Positions 54,597 through 64,000 of a stretch of 64,000 nucleotides of DNA are shown in pieces. Position 1 is the first letter of the stretch; every line of letters begins with the position of its first letter. Both the position numbers and the translations under genes were made by a program. The notes under the pieces were generated by a model. It worked only from the letters and a program-made list of their open reading frames with translations, was not told the DNA's origin and did no database searches. Where the stretch lies: positions 434,001 to 498,000 of the forward strand of contig NW_026851633.1 of assembly GCF_026571515.1 (NCBI RefSeq). The letters run 5' to 3'. The DNA is from Ruditapes philippinarum (lineage: Eukaryota).

Positions 54597-56340
54597 TTAT
54601 ATCATCCGTCTCGGTTCAACGCTCGGCTTTTTTCCAAGGATTTTACTATAGCCCAGGCTTGTTTGTGAGTCTGGGATTTCACCTTTGATAATTCCCCTTA
54701 GATACGAAAGATTATATTGCCGAATTTTGTCTGGAATCTTTTCACTTTCGCTAGTACTTGCCAATGGCTTATCCTGACCGTCAAGCATTAAGAAGGCATA
54801 CTTGTCACAGAGTAATTTTTTAGATATGACTGGGAATTCCACATTATTTTTCCTTTCCAAAAAAATAACGCCATCTGTTCCATCGCAAAGAGCCGGTTTT
54901 TCTGGTGTCAACTCCCGCCAATTCCTGGGTGGCCACTTCATCTGTACATCGCCAACGTCTATCTCAATTTCTCTCGACCAAATCCTTCTACCAGGGGAAC
55001 AAAGAGGCATCACGCCAGTCAACAAAAGTTTTGCTGCCCTGCTTCCCAATGTTGATGGTGAATCGTTTACTTCACTTACAGATGATGACCCTGATGAAGA
55101 ACTAACTTGTTGAAAAAGAGTCTTCGTTTTCCGGGCTTCCATGCCCTACTTTTTATCCCCCGTATACTTCCCCTAGCACTAACACCTTTGTCCTGTTTAT
55201 CCTCTTTAATGCTTGATTCATTTTCAGTGGCTCCCCAAAAACGTCTCCCCTAATCCATCACCTATACTATCCTTTGATTTAACGTAAGTCCCCGTGTTTA
55301 ACTCTTTTTCAAATCGTCTGAGTCAAGTATCGGCAGAAAACTCCCCTGTCCTATAATTTAAACGCATTGATATGTCTACATTTTCTCCAATAGTCAAACA
55401 ATTTCCGTCTTCCTCTGGTCCAACTCTGCCTTTTTCTGTATCCTTCATTTCTCCTAATAATGTGTTAACCGCCGCTTCTGTTTCGTTCCTTTCCTCAGCC
55501 ACTTCACAGTCAAACTCATACTCATAAAAATCCTCTGTCTTCTGTCTCTGCTCTGCGTCCCCTCTTTCTGTTATGCTTTCTTTTTCTACTTTGTTCTTCG
55601 TTTTTGTTCATGTTCAGTATCCATTTTCTCTCGCCTGTCTACATCTAATGCACTTTGTTTATTGTTGTTTGCGTCTTTTTCCAATGATTTATGTTCTTTA
55701 TCAACTTTTTCTAATGTCTTTTGTTTCTTGTTAATGTCATTCTCTATGCAGTCTGTATATCTCTTTCCTCTCTTCCACTGTTGCAAGATTTCTCTTCCTT
55801 TCTATTTGTTATTCTACCCGGCCGTTCACTACTAACTGATCTACCCTACGATCCTTTTTCTTTGAACACTCCTCCCCCTCCTTCCAACCTTTGTTTAACC
55901 TGTCTAACCTTTCCTTTTTATCATCAAATCCCTCTGCCCAATTTCGGAACTCCTTCCTGATAGAATATGCCAATTCACTTCCATATGGGGTAACCGACTC
56001 AGTGACCTTTGCATAATCTATTAGGCTTCAATGCAAAGTAAAACCCTGCCTGACGGGAAAAACATCTCTTTGCTCCTCCATGCCTCATCAGTGTGAGCAC
56101 TACCCCTGACATGACTTTCTAAGTCCGAGATTCTAGTGAATGTCTTTCTCCTTTCCGGGACACCATGGACATACTACTGTCAGACACCGGTGGGCAGAAC
56201 CAATAAGATGCGACTTCAGAGCTCCCCAGGTGCGGAACATCGCAGGACAAAGCCAACATGATTCCCTGTAAAGAACGCCTTCTGTTAGATTTGTTAGTTA
56301 TGTATTTTTTATTTCTTTCAGGACACACAATGAAACATTT
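54597..56340 (-). CDS. Gypsy accessory ORF(s): tandem C2H2 zinc fingers, K/E-rich region, C-terminal domain of unknown function (frameshifted)
   Basis: Manual translation gives CWLCPAMFRTWGALKSHLIGSAH and CPWCPGKE/KTFTRISDLESHVRGSAH (56093-56258). Further fragments lie at 55586-55786 and 54597-55142 (KWPPRNWRELTPE). The start is uncertain. Confidence 0.7.
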
Positions 56341-56744
56341 ATTGATTAAATTTTGTAACTGCAAAAGAAAAAATTTAGGTTGGCCACCCACAGGAGTTGC
56401 GACGAAGACTATACCTGCTCTGCTAAAAAAAACGCGGAAGACTCCATTGTGAAGAATTTACGTTTCCGATATTTTTGTAATTTATTCAAGTTTTATAAAA
56501 AGGTTTTTATTTTTACACATGTTGCCTGTTGAACATAAATAAAAATTTAACACAATTTTACATATGTTGTCTGTTGAACACATATACATTTATTTTATTT
56601 CATTTACTGTTATGTTTTACATAGTTCTATGCATAAATTAACTGTGATATTTTTTTTTTTTACATTTGTATTGTTTATTAACATATATCTATAACACAAA
56701 AATCAAATTCGCGAACACGTGACCAATTCCTTAAACTATCTATC

Positions 56745-59700
56745 CTACATGTCATAACATTGTTTCTCCTTTCTAACCCAACTAGGGACCTTATTACCAC
56801 AGTAGGGATATAATCTATCAATGTGATAAAGCTTTTGGTTTGCCAGTTGAAGTCCGTTTTACCATACAAACCAAATCGTCTACAGTCCTTGTCACTATGA
56901 ACGGTCCTTTCCATTTGTTGACGAGTTTCGAGCTGACTCCGACTTTCCTTGTTGGGTCGTGTAGCCAAACCAACTGCCCTTGCGAATATGCACTGCGTTT
57001 CCGAGATTTGCAGTCATAATGCTTCTTTTGGTATCTAGCTGCAACCTTCAAATTTGTCCTTGCAATATCATGACAGTTTTTCAGTTTGTCTTCAAGATTC
57101 AACACATACTCACTTAAGTCTGAATTGTTTTCCGGCTTAGGACGGCGATAAATGCATGCATTGGTAACCGTGATCTCTCTACCAAACAACACATCTTATT
57201 TGGACTGAGTTTTGAACTACTATGCGGAGAGCTACGTAGGCCATCATTACTTGTTGAAGGTAAGCTGTCCCAGCAATTTCTGGTTGATCACTGCAATATT
57301 GCTTTCCAGCATCGAAATCAGAGGGTTTTAATTAAAAAACCTCAACTTTAATCCGTTGGCCTGGGGCCGTAGGGAAGTAGCATGTGTCTTTTCTCTAAAT
57401 CTAAAAGCTTGCATAGTTCTTTTCCAAAGTTTTGACTCAAAAACATTTTTCCTTGGTCCGTTATATATCTGTAAAGGCACGCCAAATCGGCATATGTACG
57501 TTTTCAACAAGTGCTTTTAGCAACCGTTTTTTGATTCTATTGTTCATGTAAAAGCAAAACACTTTCAGTCCATTTTGTGAACCAGTCAGCCATGACAAGG
57601 ATGTACTTGTTTCCATTGTTTGTTGTAACCGGAAGTGGTCCAAGAATATCCATCATTAGCCTCTTCCTGGTTCCCCAACAAAGTATTGTCCAAGAGGAGC
57701 CTTATTTTTCGCAGTTCTTTGAAATTTTGCTGCTGCACATTTGTCACATACTTGACAATATCTTTTAACAGTATCAACCATCCCGGCCAATAGAATGATT
57801 GTCTGATCTTTCCAAGTGTGTTTCTCTATGCCGAGATGTCCATTGCATTTGGTAGTCGTGTGGCGATGATGTCTAATAACATCGCGTTGTCTATCCTTTG
57901 GGGTAACCAGTTTGATAAATTTGGTCTCTATCGTCAGTTTCGAAATTTCCGATATAGCAAGTTCGCAAACTATTTCCAATCGATCCCATTGCCGCCATAA
58001 TGTTTTCAAATAAGAGGAATAAGCAGAAATGTCAGTCCAAGCTGGTCCTTTTGTTTACCATCCTGCAAGGCCAATTTTTTTATCTTCGCTATGTCTAAAT
58101 CTTGAGTTTGGCTTGATTGATAAATCAATTTAGGGTCCCCATCCGTCTAAGAGAAAGTGATTGTTTGACAATGCAGATGATGCATCCTGTGTCTGACTTC
58201 TGGTAGAGATCCTGATATGTTCTTCCTTGTATTCATCTGACGGTTTTTGTTATATTTTCTCAAAGTTATCTTGTATCTCTTGTTTTGGTGTTTACATGAT
58301 TTACATGGCCTTCTGGAGAGTGCATCTTGCATTTGCATGGCTCTTCCACTTCGGTGTACTACGGTTAAATTATACGTATTCAATTCCTGTAGCCATCGAG
58401 CAACTTGTCCTGTTGGAACTTTTTAAGGATCCCCATCCAACTGACAGCTGCATTATCAGTCCCTTAAAAGATACTTTCCCTGGCCATACAGATAAACTGT
58501 GGAAATGTTTCAAAGCCACCACAACTGCCTAGCATTTCTTTTCTGGTTACACAGTAAGACTTTTCATGCACATTCATGGCTTTGCTCAAATATGCAATTA
58601 CTCTTTCTTTACCATCTTGCATTTGACTTAGCACAGCTCCAGATGAAGAATCAGAAGAATCAGTATCAAGTATTAAATGGTGCACCTAATACCGGCGATA
58701 TGCAAGTATTAGGCCGTTGTAGTCAGTGCATTTTTCAACCTGCGTCGAATGACTCCTGACACTCGTTTGTCCAAATAAAACCTGACTGCTTTTCTCACAC
58801 AGAGCTTGTGCAACGGTTCTAGCCACGTTGAAAAGCCTTAACAAACTTTCGGTAATTAGAAGCTAACCCAAGCAAAAACTGCGCATTTCCTTGCTGTTCC
58901 TTGTGTAGGCCAATCATGCACAGCCTTGAATAATTTTCTCAGGGTCCGTTTCAATGCCCTCCTCCTGATACGACATGGCCAAGGAAACGTACAGATTTCT
59001 GGAAGAATACACATTTGATGGTTTAAGCTTTAGTTTTGCCTCGCGAAGTCTTTCGAAAACATGCTCTAGACGACATAAAACATTGATCAACCGATTCCCC
59101 AGGAGTTTATTATATCATCCATGTATAGAAGAGATTCAACCCACTGAATTCCTCTTAAAACTGTTTCCATTAGCCTTTGGAAAGTCGACCGGTGAATTAA
59201 CAAGACCAAATGCATGACACGAAAATGAAATAAACCTTGGCTACTTTGTAGAAAATGCTGTCTTCATTTTGTCTTTCTTCTTCCATTTCTATTTGCCAGA
59301 AACCACTACAAAGGTCCATGGTGTTGAAACCATTTGGAACCAGAAAGAGAATCAAAGACAATCATCTACCCTAGGTATTGGGATATGCATCTTGAACAGT
59401 CACTTCATTTAGTTTTCGGTAATCAATGCAGAATTCTAGTTTGAGCCGTCCTTTTTCGACACAAGTACACATTGGCCGAGGACCAAGGGCTGTTCGAAGG
59501 CTCGATTATTCCCTCTGTCAAAGCATTTTGTTTACTTCCTCAGATTTCAATATCACGTTTTCCATAAGGTTTGTCTTCTAACTGATTGTCGTATGGGTGG
59601 GGAACTTCCTGTGTTGATCTTATGTTTTACCATATTAGTACATCCAAGGTCATCAGAAACCTTTCGAAAAAGACGTCTTGATATTTGTTAGAGCAATGTC

Positions 59701-60680
59701 GCAAATTTTTCCTTGTCACTTTCTTCCAAATTTTCTTTCCCCTTGTCAAACATTGACTTTATATGATCCGGTAATAGTTATCTTGCTTGGCTTTTTCCTT
59801 GATCTTTACCCCCGCTGTACATTATTGCAGCACATGTATGAGTTTTGTCATTGTCAAAAATTCATGTCTCCTGATACTTCCTGTGTTGGATAACACTGAC
59901 CTATTTCTTGACCACTTTTCAAAGTATACACAGCCTCACTCTCATTCATAACTCCTATAAATGCCCTCAATTCGATGGGGATCTAATAAACCGTTGATTA
60001 ATCTTTACTTCATCTATTTGTTCACCTTTTGTCTCACTTATAAACGCAACTTCAGGAAGCATTTGGTGTCTCAATATTCTCACTGGCACTAACATGCATG
60101 TGTTTGATGGCACTTGTATGTCACTCTTAACAGTAACTCTACATACTCTATTGTTATCATCCTTCATCATCCTACATTGTATTTTATGTCCACTTCTAGT
60201 ACCAAGCTCCAACGTTTCAAGGTCCCAATGTTTGATATTTCCCATTATAAAATCCTGTCCCAAAGAGGCCTGGCAATGATATATCACATACGATGAGAGT
60301 CATTTTAACTTTGAATGGTCCAAAAACCCTATTTCTACCTCTATCTGGCCATGTATTGTGATATTTGTTCCATTCACTGATTGAACATTAATTTCCTTCT
60401 ATCAAGTGGATATGTGCCTTCTCCTCCGCATTGCTCATATGTTTCTTTAGATATCAAAGATGAAGTAGCGCCACTGTCAAGCAGAAAGTCTATATGATAG
60501 TTGTTCATGCTACCCCCTATATATAGTCCATTATCTTCAGAAATTTGTTTAACTTCTACCTGGCCAATTCTAAATGGCATATTATTTTTTGAATGTTGTT
60601 TCACAATGACTAGGTCGATTTCCCTCCATCTCAACCTTCGTCATCTCACGACCTAACGAGATGACGGCTTGAAGTTTTCC
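56745..60680 (-). CDS. pol: Gypsy pol (protease, RT, RNase H, integrase), many frameshifts
   Basis: FLLDSGAT (PR), LLYMDDII at ~59110-59130 (RT), LILDTDSS..GAVLSQ and DALSR (RH), GHLG..CDKC (IN zinc-binding), ICRFGVP, WKGPF; ends YHIDRL...*. Confidence 0.92.
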
Positions 60681-61570
60681 TGGTTCCTTAGGTGGGGTTT
60701 GTTTTGTAACCTATTCTTTTGTGGACATTGTCTCCAAAAATGATCCCTGGCCCCACATGTAAAGCACGATCTGTCATTTACAGGCTTCCTATCAGTTGTC
60801 TCAAGTTTATCCAGGCGTGCCTCTATCCACTGTATAGCTCCTTTTATAGTCTTAAGTTCTGTGTCTTCTTTGAAGTCTGCAGGTTTGACATCTCTCAACT
60901 TTTCAGAGGACTACACCTCTTATCAGTCCTGCAGATGTGGTTGCTCTCCCTAGCACATCCTCGTATCGTTCGACTATTTCTACTGCTTCCCTGATTGTTC
61001 TACAACTTTTATCCATCAGTCTACACCTCATTTCCGGTGAAAAGCTCTTGTAGAAATGTTCCAGTGCTAGCATCTCTTGAGCCACTGGATCAAGTGACAC
61101 GTATGCTTTTGAGCATACAGCCTAATCTCATCTCCAAACTCGGCAACTGTTTCATTCTTTTGTCTAGTACGTGTCTGAATTCTGGATAGCCATCGGTTAG
61201 CCTGTCTTTTGCTACCAAATCTTTGTTCCAGATGATTAGTAAGAACTTGGTATGACCTTTTTTGATGTGCTAATGAGCTATAATGAAGCCTGGCCTGTCC
61301 CTTAAGTGCTGTTGCTAGGTAAAGAAGCTTCTCTTTGTCCGACCATTCTGCAAGTTCTGCACAGTCCTCAAAGTAGGCCTGGTACAAATCCCACTCTTCT
61401 TCCCCAGTATAAGGATCAGGCTTTATATTTGGTGCATGGCGTCGTACATAATGTTCCCTAGGAATGTAGCATGGTCTCTTTCATCACCCATATCTCCTGA
61501 CTCATCATTCCCACCTGGATGATTCATATTGAAATTGACTTCAGAATCCGAATTCATGTTGATCTGCCAT
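60653..61570 (-). CDS. gag: Gypsy gag (frameshifted)
   Basis: KPDPYTGEEEWDLYQAYFEDCAELAEWSDKEK..L..RFG..Q..ETVAEF; CCHC knuckle CFTCGARDHFWRQC; ends QENFKPSSR*. Confidence 0.9.
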
Positions 61571-61681
61571 ACTTAAAATAATTATTTGAGCTTCTGGTAA
61601 ATAAAGATATGAAGAAATAATAAAAGAAAACACAAAGTTTTTTTTTTTTAAGTATCTTGTATTATGTAAGATATGCTAAAT

Positions 61682-61995
61682 TCGGATCCGAACAGGTGTG
61701 CGGAATCGAACGGGTGTACGGCGTCGAACAGGTCCACGGATCCGAACAGGTGTACGGAATCGAACGGGGTGTACGGCGTCGAACAGGTCTACGGATCCGA
61801 AACAGGTGCACGGAATCGAACGGGTGTACGGCGTCGAACAGGTGCGCGGATCCGAACGTGTGCACGGCGTCGAACAGGTCCACGGATCCGAACAGGTGCA
61901 CGGAAATCGAACGGGTGTACGGCGTCGAAACAGGTGCGCGGATCCGAACAGAACGGGTGTGTGGATCCAAACAGGTGTGCGACGTCGAACGGGTC
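61682..61995. repeat. CpG-rich 18-bp-unit tandem array (54-bp higher-order unit) in the Gypsy leader
   Basis: Cycle CGGATCCGAACAGGTGTG / CGGAATCGAACGGGTGTA / CGGCGTCGAACAGGTCCA, about 17 units. Confidence 0.92.
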
Positions 61996-62092
61996 TAGAA
62001 CCTTTTTCTCCAAAGTTTATCTCTCTAATCCTCCCCAGTCCAAAATAATCTCTACGTCCAAAATTGGTCCGTAATTTTGAAAATATATCAAA

Positions 62093-62112
62093 ATCCCACT
62101 TCTCTGACACCA
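62093..62112 (-). other. Primer binding site (tRNA-Leu type)
   Basis: TGGTGTCAGAGAAGTGGGAT 1 nt after the 5' LTR. It equals the tRNA-Leu-type PBS TGGTGTCAGAAGTGGGAT plus a 2-nt insertion. Confidence 0.8.
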
Positions 62113-62113
62113 G

Positions 62114-63312
62114 TGTGATGTTTTCGGGGGAAGGAAAGATAGCCGTTGTTCGAACCTAGAGGGGAAAACTCCGACCTGTGGGTGCCTTGATAGAATAATT
62201 TCAGATAAACTACAAAGAGCTTGTTTTAAGAAAAAAAAAATGATTTATTTTATTAAGTAATCTAAAGATGTGTAGTAAGATGAAGTAGAATCTATAAATA
62301 AATTATCAATAAAATGATGACTGTTAGTTATTGTTAGTAAAAGTAAATGTTAGTAAATGTTAGTTAATGTTAGTTACATTCGTTCCATCATGAACTCCAA
62401 TTCAGAAAATAGGATCTACTAGGTGATGAAATAAAGCTCAGCTCTTGTAAGTTGTATCCAGTGTAGATGCCTAGTATCAACTTGTCGTAGATCTATAACG
62501 TTTAACTGAGGATTCCTATTAATTAACCAAGTAAAAAGAAACTAAGTAAAATGATTAGACTTAAATGATCTCTCCAGTGACCGAATCCAGTAAGCTGAAG
62601 GATAACACCGTACCGGCAATATATTGAAATTCCCCGCGTTAGGAACTTGTATATTATTGGGCACCTAAGCACAGCTAACGCTCTCATCCACTCAGATTGC
62701 GGAACGTCCATTTTGGCGCCAAAGCCCTCCATATCGACCAATGGCTAGCCGTTCGACTCCTACATCTAAAAGAAAATAGATCCGAACAGGCCACGACGAT
62801 TTCCAATAAAATCCCCATATCTGGTTGTCTAAGTAACCAATATTATTTACCTAATTTAGTACTTTTTAACCCAAACATTCTGTTCCGGAATTGATTAAGA
62901 ATTTAGTCAAAACCAAGCATGCACTGTGACGTCACAATTGACACAAAATGAAAGTAAATTAAGTTTGCATTTCCTGATAGAAATAAAGAGTCACCATGCA
63001 TGTCATCAACTATTTGTAAAAGGTATATTGTCACTGAAATGTATAGTTTGTATACATGCATTTATTGCATCATATCCGTTAATTATAAATATGATAATAC
63101 GAAATGTCATTAGTTTTCACGATCTGTCAAATTTTGCCGGTGTTTTTAAAAACAGCTTTCTCTGCATACCCTGAGTATCACATACCCAGTAAAACTTATC
63201 AATGTTATGGTTTTAACTGTTTAAAGCATTTGTAATTTATAATGATGTGTTACATGTGTAAGAAAGAGTTCTATAACGGTAAACAAAAGGGGGGGGGGGT
63301 ATTCATATTACA
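62114..63312 (-). repeat. 5' LTR of the Gypsy element
   Basis: Direct repeat of 53057-54253; adjacent PBS. Confidence 0.95.
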
Positions 63313-63462
63313 ATACGTACAATACAATATTGAGACGACGTGTCACGGGCAACATTTGGGTCGCTTCCTTGGAGGTCAAGGTCACAGCATGACCTTGCAG
63401 CAAAATCATGTCCGGCCCATAACGTTGTTATTTGAAGTCGGATTTTACAACTATTATAGAAC

Positions 63463-64000
63463 TGTCGCGATTGATTATAAAGGGATTGACAATACAAACA
63501 ATCGACTTACCTTCCACGTCTGGATCGTAGCCAAGCTAGGAATTGCCTAATTCTTCTGAGTATATATTACAACAATATGGCGCCCAACTGTCAGACTAAA
63601 CACACTCGTTCCGGTTGGTCCGGAACCTTCCGTTAACTTCCGTCAACTCCCGTAACCAGTACCATACGGTACTACACTCCTCCCCGTCCTATTCTTTAGG
63701 AGGGGTCTGTGGCTCCAGGAAGTTAACCAAGCACTGACGCCTCTCTAGTCCAAGGGCAGACTAGAGCTTCCCGGTTCATACCGGTACTGGTACTTGACCA
63801 TGATGCCAGAGGGCTGGACAACATGGCCTACTTGACTGAACCGTACCAATTTCAGCCAAGCCTCAAACCCAGACACTCAATGGCTGTCAGACACTTTAGG
63901 AAAGCTAAGGAGTTGGGACTCCTCAGCTGACAAGCTGAACATGGCTTTCAGATTGTCTTCCTGGTGTCTTTCCAGCATGGATATCAATGACAGTAGACAG
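63463..64000 (-). mobile_element. 3' end of a second LTR retrotransposon (LTR 63463-63676, PPT 63677-63685), extends beyond the window
   Basis: A 214-bp TGT...ACA segment is preceded on the minus strand by GGGGAGGAG. The HINE monomer breaks abruptly at 63462 and GC content rises. The partner LTR is not visible. Confidence 0.55.

Larger units (their letters stand above)
53057..63312 (-). mobile_element. Full-length Ty3/Gypsy LTR retrotransposon (~10.26 kb)
   Basis: Two near-identical ~1.2-kb TG...CA LTRs, TSD ATAC (53053-53056 and 63313-63316), PBS, PPT, and gag-PR-RT-RH-IN order. Confidence 0.97.

Noticed and set aside
54597-56340. env gene
   Set aside because: No signal peptide, fusion peptide or transmembrane segment is visible in the readable frames.
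61657-62110. Six overlapping ORFs of 74-144 aa
   Set aside because: They are a by-product of a stop-free GC-rich 18-bp repeat and are open on both strands.
63578-63590. TGGCGCCCAAC resembling a tRNA-Lys PBS
   Set aside because: Only 11 nt match, and it lies inside a putative LTR whose PPT indicates the opposite orientation.

Overview
AT-rich, intron-containing animal genomic DNA. The repeat families (GACCTTGACC-core Helentron-type HINE elements, tRNA-derived SINEs, MITEs) point to a mollusc, probably a bivalve; this is inferred. Three spliced genes were reconstructed by hand from GT-AG boundaries and exon phase. (1) PACRGL lies on the minus strand, with its last exon just left of the window. 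(2) MAP9/ASAP lies on the minus strand and has two homologous 120-nt alternative last exons. (3) A plus-strand Deltex-family E3 ligase has an RRM / KH-like / PARP14-macro1-like macrodomain / RING / DTC architecture, interrupted by one garbled segment at about 45.15-45.32 kb. The right quarter is a nested transposon pile: HINE, RTE-X-like LINE, MITEs, a complete 10.3-kb Gypsy element and the LTR of a second element. The Gypsy has near-identical LTRs, a 4-bp TSD, a tRNA-Leu-type PBS, a candidate -1 frameshift signal, a CpG-rich 18/54-bp leader array and an extra non-env ORF with tandem C2H2 zinc fingers. Many frameshifts fall in homopolymers and are probably assembly errors. The best candidates for new biology are the single-chain macrodomain + RING-DTC ligase, the zinc-finger accessory gene of the Gypsy, and the duplicated MAP9 terminal exons.
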